Shown here: positions 18,055 to 27,890 of the stretch, piece after piece | Layout: each line of letters opens with the position of its first letter | How positions within the stretch are numbered: position 1 is the first letter of the stretch | From: Acidobacteriota bacterium | GTDB taxonomy: Bacteria; Acidobacteriota; UBA6911; RPQK01; JAJDTT01 | Direction: 5' to 3' | DNA length: 64,000 bases | NCBI GenBank assembly: GCA_965263035.1 | Contig: OZ253580.1 | Coordinates: forward strand, 3,040,001 to 3,104,000 | Made by a program: the position numbers and the translations under genes | The notes under the pieces: model-generated | The model's input: the letters and a program-made list of their open reading frames with translations, nothing else | Told to the model about the DNA's origin: nothing | Databases searched by the model: none

Positions 18055-18915
18055 ATGGCTGATCGTCCCGTGAATCTGGGTCCTCGGCAATTGGGAACGG
18101 GTACCGGATTCTCCCGGCCCGCCCCCCGCTGTCTCATGCTCCAGACGGAACATCCGCAGCTTGTGCGCGCAGCTGTGGAAAAGCTGAGGAAATCGAACCA
18201 GTATCCTGGATGCAGGGTGCTTCTGGTGTGCCGGCAGGAGGATCTCGGGTCTTTCCACGATCTTCCGGACGTGGAGTTTCTGACCTATGCCCGGTCGCGG
18301 GGCGATCGGTTCTCCGATCTATGGCGGGGGATGTCCGGTTTCCGTGCGGATCTGGTCTGTGGCGTCTTCAGCGGTCGTCCCGTCTTCCGGAAGCAAAAGC
18401 TTCTGTTCTTCCTGCTTCCCGTCCGGCGCCGGCTGATTTTCGATGCGCGGGCTCAGCCCCACCCGTTGCGGCTCCGGAACCTCCCCCAGATTCTCCGAAG
18501 GAGCCGGCACCAGGAGGCTCTTCCCGAGATGGGAGCGACGATCCTGTATCTGCCCACCGAAGAGGATTCTATTGCTCTGGATGTCCTGAGGAGGCTGCAA
18601 GACCGGAAGATCGTGGGTCCCGGCCGGATTCTGGTGTTCTGCTCAGACGTGAAGAAAATCTTCTACGAGTCGCGACCGGAAGTGAGCGAAGTGGTCACCT
18701 ATGGACTCAGGCAGAGCCTGAGAAACATGCGAACCGTCCTGAGACTGGCCAGGATGAAGGTCGACGTCATCGTGGCCATCCTATCGGGACGGCCCATATT
18801 CCGGGCCCACAAACGGCTGTTTTTTCTGCTCCCGGCTCGATCCCGACTGGTGTTCAACGAGCACGGGGACTGCCACTACGTCAAGCGGAACCTGTGCGAC
18901 CTGCTCGGTCTTTGA
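18055..18915 (+). CDS. hypothetical protein with two internal repeats; possibly truncated by a nonsense codon
   Basis: Duplicated unit SGRP.FR..K.LFFLLP.R.RL.F; the frame stays open after the TGA until 19122. Confidence 0.65.
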   Translation: MADRPVNLGPRQLGTGTGFSRPAPRCLMLQTEHPQLVRAAVEKLRKSNQYPGCRVLLVCRQEDLGSFHDLPDVEFLTYARSRGDRFSDLWRGMSGFRADLVCGVFSGRPVFRKQKLLFFLLPVRRRLIFDARAQPHPLRLRNLPQILRRSRHQEALPEMGATILYLPTEEDSIALDVLRRLQDRKIVGPGRILVFCSDVKKIFYESRPEVSEVVTYGLRQSLRNMRTVLRLARMKVDVIVAILSGRPIFRAHKRLFFLLPARSRLVFNEHGDCHYVKRNLCDLLGL

Positions 18916-19133
18916 CGCACCCCGCCCCTGCCCAAGATCGAACCCTACCGGCGCATTTCGGGAAGAGAGTTCCGCTTCAGCGCGTCAATCCTGATCAAGG
19001 CAGTCCTGTTTCTTCCCCGTTATCTTTTCTTGATCCTGTGGCTGCGCCTGGGCAGCTTGAGGAAGGGCGGGTCGAAGCGTCTCACCGTTTTCAGAAAGGG
19101 GAGCTTCGGATCGCGGAACTAGTCAACCGCTAG

Positions 19134-19742
19134 TCAGGAACCGAAGCGCGCCGCCACGGCATCCCAGTTCACGACGTTCCACCACGCCTTGATGTAGTCG
19201 GGCCTTCGGTTCTGGTAGCGAAGATAGTAGGCGTGCTCCCAGACGTCGACACCCAGAAGAGGAACCTGCCCGGCCATGATGGGCGAGTCCTGATTGGCGG
19301 TGGAAAGGACCTCCAGCGATCCCGACGCGTTCTTCACCAGCCAGGCCCATCCCGATCCGAACCGACCCACGCCGGCGCCAGCGACGGCCTGCTGAAACTG
19401 GGCAAAGCTGCCGAAAGTGGAATTGATGGCGTCGGCCATGGCGCCGCTCGGTTCGCCTCCGCCTCCGGGTCCCATCAGGGTCCAGAACAGGGAGTGATTG
19501 GCGTGGCCGCCGCCGTTGTTCCTGACCGCAGTCCGAATACTCTCGGGAACGGCGGCGCAGTTGTCGGCCAGCAGTTGATCCAGGCTCAGGCCGGCCAACT
19601 CCGGATGCGAGGACAGGGCATTGTTCAGGTTGCCCACGTAGGCGGCGTGGTGCTTGTCGTGATGGATCCCCATGGTGGTGGCGTCGATATGGGGCTCCAA
19701 GGCGTCATTGGCGTAGGAAAGGGACGGCAATTCGAATGGCAT
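19134..19742 (-). CDS. sodA: Mn/Fe superoxide dismutase
   Basis: [39 protein letters not shown]. Confidence 0.97.
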   Translation of the reverse strand: MPFELPSLSYANDALEPHIDATTMGIHHDKHHAAYVGNLNNALSSHPELAGLSLDQLLADNCAAVPESIRTAVRNNGGGHANHSLFWTLMGPGGGGEPSGAMADAINSTFGSFAQFQQAVAGAGVGRFGSGWAWLVKNASGSLEVLSTANQDSPIMAGQVPLLGVDVWEHAYYLRYQNRRPDYIKAWWNVVNWDAVAARFGS

Positions 19743-19887
19743 GAGATCTCCTTTCGATGTTCTTGGGTGAGCGGGGCACCCGCTCGGCAAAAAAGATACC
19801 AGTCCGGGTCGGATACGGCAAGGGATCCCATCGGCTTGGGAGGTGTCATCGTAGTAGACTGGAGCGGGAGTCGATCGGGAGCGTGGC

Positions 19888-21198
19888 ATGCATTTTCCTG
19901 AAAGCCGGTGGCTGTTTACGCCCGGGATTGTAGTCATTTTTCTGCTGGCCGAAATCTGCGCACAGGTTCCGCCGGCTTCCGATTCGGAGACCGAGTTCGT
20001 CGTCATCGTCACCGGACGAGAGTTGCTGGAAGGCGCGTACGCCGATGCGCACACTCAGTTTCTGGCGCGAACGCTCCGGCCCCTCGGAGGCCGATGCGTC
20101 GGGTCGGTGACCGTTACGGACGATGAGCAGGAGATACGGCGGGCCGTCGACTACGCCTCCCGGCGGAGCCGGATCGTCATCGTCACCGGAGGGCTCGGAC
20201 CCACCGGCGACGACATTACCCGCCAGACTCTGGCCAAGCATACGGGTATCCCTTTGCAGGAATCGCCCCAGGTGATCGATGAGTATCGGCGCCGCTACGG
20301 AGACCGGGCATACCGTCCGAACCTCCGGCGACAGGCTCGAGTTCCGTCTCGTGGCACCTATTTGAAGAATCGGGTTGGAAGTGCCGTGGGGTTGGTCTTC
20401 GACGATGGTGAACGCGTCATCGTGGCGCTGCCCGGCCCGCCGCGGGAACTCCGGCCCATGGTCCGGGATGAACTGATTCCTTTTCTGGCCCGCCGCTTCG
20501 GAATCCAGTCGTCGGTCGAGTCGGTTACCCTGCGTTTCGTCGGGATCGGCGAGTCGAGCATCCAGAGCGTCATCGACGAGCACCTCGACCTTCCTTCCGA
20601 GGTGAGCGTCGCGTCCACCTTCGAAGCGGGACGGGTAGACCTCACTTTCTACGGCCGCTCCAGCTTGCCTGGAACTCGAGAGAAGCTGCTGGGGTTGCGG
20701 GACCGGATGCTGGACCTGCTCGGAAAACATGTCTACTCCATTGACGGGTCGACGCTCGAGGAAACGATTGTGCGGCTTCTGACCGATCGCAAGACGAAGC
20801 TGGTCGTGGCCGAGGTGGCGACGGGAGGTGGTCTCTCGTCTCGATTGACCGGGACTCCCTCCGCGTCGTCGGTGCTGTTCGGCAGCTACGTGGCCGCCAG
20901 CAGCCCGGGATTGAAGGCATTGCTGGAGCCTGACGTCGTGGGGACTTCCGAGCCGGCTGGCGGAGAGAACGAGCTGGTCCTCGATCTGGCCCGCAAGGTG
21001 GCGGGTGATCAACGGGATCGATGGGTGCTGCTGGTGGCTGGACCGGAGAACCAGGGCGCCAACCGGATCACCCTCTGTGCCGGGTCCCGGACACAAGGAT
21101 TCGAAATCGAGTCGGTCGGATTCAGGCCCGGCAGATCGGGACGCGAGCGCCTCATCACGCGTGCCCTTGATTTCCTCAGGAGAAGACTGGCTCAATGA
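19888..21198 (+). CDS. CinA-like protein (molybdopterin-binding domain plus degenerate PncC domain)
   Basis: [37 protein letters not shown]; the PncC motif reads AEVATGG. Confidence 0.82.
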   Translation: MHFPESRWLFTPGIVVIFLLAEICAQVPPASDSETEFVVIVTGRELLEGAYADAHTQFLARTLRPLGGRCVGSVTVTDDEQEIRRAVDYASRRSRIVIVTGGLGPTGDDITRQTLAKHTGIPLQESPQVIDEYRRRYGDRAYRPNLRRQARVPSRGTYLKNRVGSAVGLVFDDGERVIVALPGPPRELRPMVRDELIPFLARRFGIQSSVESVTLRFVGIGESSIQSVIDEHLDLPSEVSVASTFEAGRVDLTFYGRSSLPGTREKLLGLRDRMLDLLGKHVYSIDGSTLEETIVRLLTDRKTKLVVAEVATGGGLSSRLTGTPSASSVLFGSYVAASSPGLKALLEPDVVGTSEPAGGENELVLDLARKVAGDQRDRWVLLVAGPENQGANRITLCAGSRTQGFEIESVGFRPGRSGRERLITRALDFLRRRLAQ

Positions 21199-22085
21199 GC
21201 TCTGAACCGGGAAGGGGCTGCAAGAGTCGGATGGGCTGGATGATGCGTTTGAGTTGGCTGCTGTGCCTGGGGCTGGGCTCCCAGATTCTGGCCCTCGATT
21301 TTCCGCACCGGGCCCGGGTGGTCGAGATCACGGACCTGACCCACGACGTGAAGCGGGTGCGGCTGGTCCTGCTGAATCCGGGCGGGTTCGGGTTCAAGCC
21401 GGGACAATTCGTCTTCCTCAAAGTCCCGGAAGAATTCGTCCGGGAGTGGAACGCTCGATACCAGACGACGCATGGTTCGGTCTTTCGACCCTACTCCTTT
21501 GCCTCCTCGCCCAGCCGGCTCCCGGAATTCGACTTCATCATCAAGCACTTCCGGGCGCCGCGCGGCAAGGACGTGCCGCCGGGCGTCGCGTCGACCTACG
21601 TCCACACCCGTCTCCGGCCCCAAGATGTTCTCCACCTCAGCGATCCCACCGGCACTCTCTACCTGGGCCAGGACAGCGACCGTCCCATCCTGGTGGTGGC
21701 CGGCGGCAGCGGCGCCGCCCCTTTCGTCGGTTTGTTGGAGTACTGGTTCGAAGAGGGGATGAACCGGACCCGGAAGATCCACTTTTTCTTCGGTGTCCGG
21801 AGCCGGAGGGATCTTCTGCTGCACGGCCTGTTCACCCAGTGGTCCGCCGAGAAAGAGAACTTCACCTACACGCCGGCACTCTCCGCACCCCGTGAAGGGG
21901 ACGACTGGCACGGTGAGACCGGTTATATTCAACTCTCGGTCGACAAGCATGTGGAGGCCCCGTCCGAGGCGGAAGCCTATTTGGCCGGTCCGCCCATAAT
22001 GGTGAAGATGGTGACGAAGGTCCTGCAGGCAAAGGGGCTCCCGGACAGTCGCATTTTTTTCGATCAGATTCTTGCCAGGGAATGA
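21195..22085 (+). CDS. FAD/NAD(P)-binding oxidoreductase (NqrF/FNR-like)
   Basis: FKPGQFV, RPYSFAS, PPGVASTY, AGGSGAAP, YLAGPPIMV. Confidence 0.88.
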   Translation: MSSEPGRGCKSRMGWMMRLSWLLCLGLGSQILALDFPHRARVVEITDLTHDVKRVRLVLLNPGGFGFKPGQFVFLKVPEEFVREWNARYQTTHGSVFRPYSFASSPSRLPEFDFIIKHFRAPRGKDVPPGVASTYVHTRLRPQDVLHLSDPTGTLYLGQDSDRPILVVAGGSGAAPFVGLLEYWFEEGMNRTRKIHFFFGVRSRRDLLLHGLFTQWSAEKENFTYTPALSAPREGDDWHGETGYIQLSVDKHVEAPSEAEAYLAGPPIMVKMVTKVLQAKGLPDSRIFFDQILARE

Positions 22086-22095
22086 GGTGTTGAAC

Positions 22096-22650
22096 ATGGA
22101 GACTCAAACGATCGTGGCTGTGGTTTCGTTTCTGGCTCTGGCGTCGGGCCTGCTGGCCCTCAGGTCGGCTTCCGCAGCAAAGAGCCGGACCCGAACGCTG
22201 GAGCGGAAGCTCGAGACCCTGGAAGAGGACGTTTCCAGGGCGGGTTCCCAACAGAAGGAGCAGCTCGAGAATCAGGGGCAACTGCTCCGGAGGGTGGCCC
22301 AGGGAAAACATGTGACGGAAGCCGTCCTTTCCGGCGGCCTTTTCGACGAAGTCGACGGTGAAGAAGCCATGGAAATGCTTCGCCGGCATCCGGATACCTT
22401 GATCATCGATGTCCGGGAGCCCCATGAGCACGCCGCAGTCCGGATCCCCGGCGCCAAGCTCATCCCCCTCGGAGAAGTTGGCGGCCGTACTTCCGAGATT
22501 CCGCGAGACGCCGACCGCATCATCATGCATTGCGCCGCCGGAGGCCGGTCGGCCCAGGCCTGCGCCCAACTGGGTGTCCAGGGATACGTCAATCTCTACA
22601 ATTTGGCCGGTGGAATCGGACACTGGCCCGGAGAAGTCCGGAGGGGATAG
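22096..22650 (+). CDS. membrane-anchored rhodanese-domain protein
   Basis: TM helix, coiled coil, IIDVREPHE, HCAAGGRS, NLAGGI..W. Confidence 0.88.
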   Translation: METQTIVAVVSFLALASGLLALRSASAAKSRTRTLERKLETLEEDVSRAGSQQKEQLENQGQLLRRVAQGKHVTEAVLSGGLFDEVDGEEAMEMLRRHPDTLIIDVREPHEHAAVRIPGAKLIPLGEVGGRTSEIPRDADRIIMHCAAGGRSAQACAQLGVQGYVNLYNLAGGIGHWPGEVRRG

Positions 22651-22791
22651 TCGGAATCCAGCTGACCTCTTGATCCCAAGAATTACAGAACTTCCGGTGA
22701 GAAATGCGGGCTCGGAGTCTGCGCGGTAGAAATGATCGTAGCGAGAAAGTGGGGAATCGAGGCCGGATTTTCTCGATTTGGAGGTGCATAG

Positions 22792-25182
22792 TTGTTCTAT
22801 TCGCTGAGAAATCGGGGAAATATGGACCGATTCTACCGCTTTCGCAGTAGCTCAATTTCTGCGGCGCAGGCTCCTAGTGTGAACAATCCGACGCATTTTA
22901 TCTTGAGCTGGACGAGTTCCTCTCTGCTCTTGCTTCTGGCGTTCCTGCAGGGAGGTCCACATCTGCTGGAAGCCGCCCCCGGTAGGCCAAGCATGAAGGC
23001 CTTTCGCGTGTCGGAGCCGCCGACGCTGGACGGCGTGGTGGATTCCTCCTGGATGTCCATGGCGCCGGCGACCGGTTTCATCCAACAGCTCCCGGAAACG
23101 GGAGCCCCCGCGACCGAACGGGTGGAGGTCAGGATCGGATTCGACCGCGACACCCTTTTCGTCGGCGTCATCTGCTTCGATTCCCGGCCGGAAGCCATCG
23201 TCTCCACCCAGGCCCGGCGAGACGGGGTCCTGGACGAGACCGATTCGTTCGAGGTTCTCCTGGATACCTACGACGATGACCAGAGCGGATACATCTTCGC
23301 CACGACTCCCGCCGGCATCGAATTCGACGCCCAGATCATCCATGGCGGCCGGAGCCGCGCCGGCGGCGGACCCGCCCGAGCGGGGTCCGTAGGCGGCAGC
23401 GGCTTCGGCGGGGCCCAAAGGGGCGGTGCGTCTGCTTTCAACTTGAACTGGGACGCGGTCTGGACGGTTCAGGCCAGGATCACTTCCCGTGGTTGGGAGG
23501 CCGAGTTCGCGATTCCCCTCAGGAGCCTGCGTTACAAACCCGGAACCGATCGCACCTGGGGGATCAACTTCAAACGGAACCTGCGCCGGAAGAACGAACA
23601 GTCCTTCTGGGCTCCAGTGACCCGGGGATTCGAGATCCATCGCGTCTCTCTGGCCGGGGAACTGACCGGTCTGGACCTGGATTTTCGACCCAGCCGCCAA
23701 GTCATTCCCTACGTCAAGGGCGGATTCCTCCACGATTACCGGGGATCCGATCCATTGAAAGACGGGATTCTGGATGCCGGCGTGGACATGAAATTCACGC
23801 TCACGCCGACTTTGACGTTGGACGCGACCGTGAACACCGACTTCTCCCAGGTGGAGGTGGACGAGGAGCAGGTCAACCTGACCCGCTTCGATCTCTTCTT
23901 CCCGGAGAAGAGACCCTTCTTCCTGGAAAATGCCGGGTATTTCCAGGTCGGCAGTCCCCGCCAGGCGGAACTCTTCTTCAGCCGCCGCATCGGGATCGAC
24001 CCCAGCGGAGTCGAGGTTCCCATCCTGGGGGGCGCCCGTCTCACCGGGAAGCTGAATCGTTTCAACCTGGGTGTCCTCAACATGCAGACCAATGAAGTGG
24101 AGGACGTGACTCCGGCGCACAACTTCACCGTTCTGCGCATGGCCCGGGAGGTGGGTTCCCGCAGCGGATTCGGCGCCATCTTCATCAACAAGGTGGCCAC
24201 CGGCTCTGCGGCGGCGCCGAACGAGTTCAACCGGACCTACGGCGTGGACGCCAACATCGGACTGGGGGAACGCTGGACCTTCTTCAACTACGCCGCCCGC
24301 ACCGAGACGCCGGGTCTTGACGGGCGTGATCATGCCGCCAGCTCGTCGGTGAGCTACAACACCGATTTCTTCAACTGGGACGTGGGTTATCTGGAGGTGG
24401 GAGAGGATTTCAATCCGGAGGTGGGATTCGTGCCCAGGTCAGGCTACCGGAGGCCCTCCTATGGGATCTTCTTCAATCCCCGCCCCAAGAATCATCCTAT
24501 TTTCCGCCGTTTCTGGCCGCATCATTCCTGGCGCGGACATTATCGCTTCGACGGTTCCCGCGAGTCGGGTTGGCGTCACAACGATATGCGTGTCTTTTTC
24601 CAGAACGGCGGGTCGGTGGGGTTCGCGTTCAACCAGAACTTCGAACAGCTCTTCGAACCCTTCGAGATCTTCGACGACATCGTTCTGCCGAAGGGAATCT
24701 ACCGTTTCAACAACTGGCTGTGGACTGTCGAATCGGACGAAAGCGCCAATCTCTTCGGCGTCGCCAACTATTCCTGGGGAGGATTTTACTCGGGTCATAT
24801 CAAGACCTTGAGCCTCCGGGCAGGATTCCGAGTGGGAGCCGAGTTTCTGGTGGCCGCCCGCTACGTGCACAATTCGGTGGACCTTCCCGAGGGGCCCTTT
24901 CACACGAATCTGGCCATGGTTCAGGTGAATTATTCCTTCACTCCCAAGAGCTACATTCAGTCTCTGATCCAGTACAACAGCACCGAACGGGAGATCGGGG
25001 CCAACGTCCGATTCGCCCTGCTTCGCACCGGCAGCACCGGATTCTTCATCGTCTACAACAGCCATTTCGATCCCACGGGTCTCGATCCTCACGAAGGACC
25101 GATGGTGCCGGGTCCGTACGGGACGCGGCGAACCCTGGACCGGACGATCCTGGCCAAGTTCACCTATCTGCTGGATTTCTGA
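22792..25182 (+). CDS. CBM9-like plus DUF5916 outer-membrane protein
   Basis: PTLDG, WDAVW, EFAIP, DATVNTDFSQVEVD, RFDLFFPEKRPFFLE, LFFSRRIG, C-terminal Phe; start uncertain. Confidence 0.85.
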   Translation: MFYSLRNRGNMDRFYRFRSSSISAAQAPSVNNPTHFILSWTSSSLLLLLAFLQGGPHLLEAAPGRPSMKAFRVSEPPTLDGVVDSSWMSMAPATGFIQQLPETGAPATERVEVRIGFDRDTLFVGVICFDSRPEAIVSTQARRDGVLDETDSFEVLLDTYDDDQSGYIFATTPAGIEFDAQIIHGGRSRAGGGPARAGSVGGSGFGGAQRGGASAFNLNWDAVWTVQARITSRGWEAEFAIPLRSLRYKPGTDRTWGINFKRNLRRKNEQSFWAPVTRGFEIHRVSLAGELTGLDLDFRPSRQVIPYVKGGFLHDYRGSDPLKDGILDAGVDMKFTLTPTLTLDATVNTDFSQVEVDEEQVNLTRFDLFFPEKRPFFLENAGYFQVGSPRQAELFFSRRIGIDPSGVEVPILGGARLTGKLNRFNLGVLNMQTNEVEDVTPAHNFTVLRMAREVGSRSGFGAIFINKVATGSAAAPNEFNRTYGVDANIGLGERWTFFNYAARTETPGLDGRDHAASSSVSYNTDFFNWDVGYLEVGEDFNPEVGFVPRSGYRRPSYGIFFNPRPKNHPIFRRFWPHHSWRGHYRFDGSRESGWRHNDMRVFFQNGGSVGFAFNQNFEQLFEPFEIFDDIVLPKGIYRFNNWLWTVESDESANLFGVANYSWGGFYSGHIKTLSLRAGFRVGAEFLVAARYVHNSVDLPEGPFHTNLAMVQVNYSFTPKSYIQSLIQYNSTEREIGANVRFALLRTGSTGFFIVYNSHFDPTGLDPHEGPMVPGPYGTRRTLDRTILAKFTYLLDF

Positions 25183-25250
25183 CCGGTTCTGAATCATGCT
25201 ATGAGCGTTCGGAGCAACGCCGGAAACGGGTAAACGCCAGCGCCGGAATC

Positions 25251-25718
25251 ATGACCTACCTGACGCGTTTGACCGCAGCCATCAGCAAGGAGTTGGAGCA
25301 GGGTCGACTGGGAACTCCGGTTTACGTGCGTCTGGTGATCGTGGCGTCTTCAGACCACGGGCACCTGGTCCCCGTCTCCGTGGCGGGCATGCAGTTGATC
25401 CAGGAGCTTCTTGGCCCGGCGATTGTCGAGATCTTCGTCGCCGGCAGCGTCGAGTCCGGGAACCTGTCTCTGCAACTGCATCTGGAGGGTGGGCGGACCG
25501 GTCAGGTCGTGGTGATCCTCAAGCGGGAGGGTCCGCCGGGAGCGGATCTGCTCCTGGTCGGGAACCATGGCACCCTGCGGCATGATCTGGCGGAAGCGCA
25601 TCTCGCCGGTGAGACCGGGGAACGACTCTGGAGGACGGACTCCAGCGCGGTTCGAGGGGAGTTGGTCGAGGCGGTGGAAGAGTCGTTGCGAAAGAGAAAC
25701 CCGGTGCGGCTCGGATAG
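25251..25718 (+). CDS. hypothetical protein resembling a Gfo/Idh/MocA C-terminal domain
   Basis: GRLGTPVYVR...LLLVGNHGTL...EAVEESLR...PVRL; lies directly upstream of a full Gfo/Idh/MocA gene. Confidence 0.6.
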   Translation: MTYLTRLTAAISKELEQGRLGTPVYVRLVIVASSDHGHLVPVSVAGMQLIQELLGPAIVEIFVAGSVESGNLSLQLHLEGGRTGQVVVILKREGPPGADLLLVGNHGTLRHDLAEAHLAGETGERLWRTDSSAVRGELVEAVEESLRKRNPVRLG

Positions 25719-25729
25719 CGGAGCGATCC

Positions 25730-26863
25730 ATGAGCAAAACCTACGGGGTCCTTCTGGTGGCCGGAGACTTGACCCACCAGGAGAATTACGGCGCGGCGTT
25801 CGGTCGAGACCCGCGTTGCCGTCTGGTGGCGGTCACCGACGAGCCTGACGTTCCGGAACGCCGGGATCGATTGAATCGGTCGCTGGCCCGGCGCTTTGGC
25901 ATTCCTTTCATCCCTGATCTGTCGGATGCGCTGAAGCGCAGTGACGTCCAAGTCGTGAGCGTCTGCGTCGAGTTCGAACGCCGCGCCCGGGTGGCCGCGC
26001 TCTGTGCCCGAGCGGGCAAGCACGTCTACGTGGACAAGCCTCTGACCGTCTCCAACCGGGAGGCGTCCTCGTTGGTGTCCGAGGTCCGAAAGGCCGGAGT
26101 TCGAAGCCAGATGTTCAGCATGTTCCGAAACCCCTGGGCTCAACGGGCCCGGCGGCTCACCGACAGCGGTGCCCTGGGGGAACTGGTGAGCATGCACAGC
26201 GACCTTCTGTTCTCCAAGGGCCACACCGGAACCGCTGATCTGGACCGTCCCCGCCAGGAGCATTTCCCTCCCCGAAGGTTCACCTATATCGACTCGAAAC
26301 GGGAACTCTTCACCATGGGGGTCTATTCCATCGGGATCATGCGTTGGCTCACAGGCCGTTCGGTGAAACGCGTCTATGCTCGTACCGCCAATTATTTCTT
26401 CCAGGAACACCAGAAGAACGACGTGGAAGATTTCGCGGCCCTGACCATGGAGTTCGAAGGCGGACTGGTGGGGACCTTGAGCGGAGGGAGAATCGGCTGG
26501 CTGAGTCATCTGGCCGGGGGAGTTTCGGGGATCTTCCTGGCCGGGACCCGGGGTTGCCGATTCATCGATGGCGCGCGGCCCCGGTTCGAAGTCGCCTGCG
26601 ACGCGCCTGCCTGGCGGCCCGGGCCGCCGCATCCCGAAGATCCCATGGGGTTCTGGAGAAGCAGCACCCGGGAGGCGGGCGGGGTCCACAAATTCACCTG
26701 GCATTCGGTCCCCGAAGCGACCCAGTCGGACGAGTCCTTCTTCATCGACTGCATCGAGCAGAATCGCGAGAGCGACATGAGCATCGCGGAAGCGGCCGAG
26801 GTGCTGAAGGTGCTTCTGGCCGGCTACGAGTCGGCCGCCACCGGCAAGGTCGTCTCCATTTAG
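25730..26863 (+). CDS. Gfo/Idh/MocA family oxidoreductase
   Basis: AGKHVYVDKPL, VEDFA and AGYESAATGKVV. Confidence 0.9.
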   Translation: MSKTYGVLLVAGDLTHQENYGAAFGRDPRCRLVAVTDEPDVPERRDRLNRSLARRFGIPFIPDLSDALKRSDVQVVSVCVEFERRARVAALCARAGKHVYVDKPLTVSNREASSLVSEVRKAGVRSQMFSMFRNPWAQRARRLTDSGALGELVSMHSDLLFSKGHTGTADLDRPRQEHFPPRRFTYIDSKRELFTMGVYSIGIMRWLTGRSVKRVYARTANYFFQEHQKNDVEDFAALTMEFEGGLVGTLSGGRIGWLSHLAGGVSGIFLAGTRGCRFIDGARPRFEVACDAPAWRPGPPHPEDPMGFWRSSTREAGGVHKFTWHSVPEATQSDESFFIDCIEQNRESDMSIAEAAEVLKVLLAGYESAATGKVVSI

Positions 26864-26874
26864 GAGGGGCGACT

Positions 26875-27516
26875 GTGCGCCAGGCTAACTGGCACAAGAT
26901 AGGCGGTGAAAGTCCGCTGAAACGAAGGACTAACCATCCACGTTTCTCCGCGAGCCGTGCGTGGGCACCCGTGAGGGTGTCGGCGAAGCGTCGGTAGCGG
27001 TGCGTATGGGCAGGCTATTGAGCATCGAAAGCTCCCTGATCGGAAGTGCCGAGGCTGTAGTCGCGGTCGAAGGCAACACCGGCTGGACCGCCAGGGTGAG
27101 GGGCAGCCGGGCTCTGCGGTGTCAAAGAACCCATGCACGTACGTACATCTGGTGTCGGGACCTGGGAGGGCTTACTCTCTCCCCGGCGAAAGCCGGGGCC
27201 TTGTGGGAAAGGGGAAAGCCGTAACCCATGAGGGGAGAGAGGAAGCAATCGGATTCACCCATAGTAGTGATGAAGCGGGCGAACAAGGAGGGGGAACTCT
27301 CTGCGGAGTCGGTGGAGCGAAGGGGTGGAACCAAGGGGAATTCGGCTCACCAAAGTACGGACCGGACTCAGAGCCGGGCTACCGTGACACAGGCGGGGGT
27401 CGGATACGGCGGGCGTCGCGACCTGCCGTCATTACCTGAGGTAGGAGCCGTGTGCCTTAACGGGCACGCACGGATCTGCGCGGGGGGCGCTGGGCAACCG
27501 GCGTCCCTACCGCGAC
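26875..27516 (+). mobile_element. ORF-less group II intron (IIB-like), 642 nt
   Basis: 5' GTGCG; domain V GAGCCGTGTGCCTTAACGGGCACGCACGGATC (27445-27476, AGC triad); domain VI ending CCCTACCGCGAC; EBS1 AGTCGC (27059-27064) pairs with exon GCGACT; no RT ORF. Confidence 0.9.
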
Positions 27517-27890
27517 TTCTTGTCGCCTGCTCTTCTGTACTGCCATGCAATTCCGTGGCCGGAATGTGTAGAGTGGGGACTCCGTCCCCCCTGCCCCCCT
27601 AACCGGCGGCAAGAAAGCCGCCGCTCGTGCGCCCGACATGGGCTGTATCTAAGGGATGAAAGATCCCAAGGGAGGTGATGGGACCAACCCTAGCCGAACC
27701 GCAAGGCGTAGCCGCGAGGTGAAGCTGAAGGAAGCGGAAGGCAAACCCACGACCGCAGGAACACGAACCGGCAGCGAGGCCGGGTGCGGGCGGTGAGCTG
27801 GCGAGCAACAGCGAAACCCGAACCCCATCCAGACGTACCAGGTAGAGCCGGGCGGCCCGGGGGGAAAGATGCAGCACCTTACTCGGGGAG

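Noticed and set aside
18913-18915. Selenocysteine recoding of the TGA
   Set aside because: There is no redox-motif context and no convincing SECIS hairpin; a nonsense change is simpler.
27228-27602. ORFs inside the introns (also 29764-29946) as intron-encoded proteins
   Set aside because: No RT motifs such as YADD are present; at most they are residual ends of deleted IEP genes.
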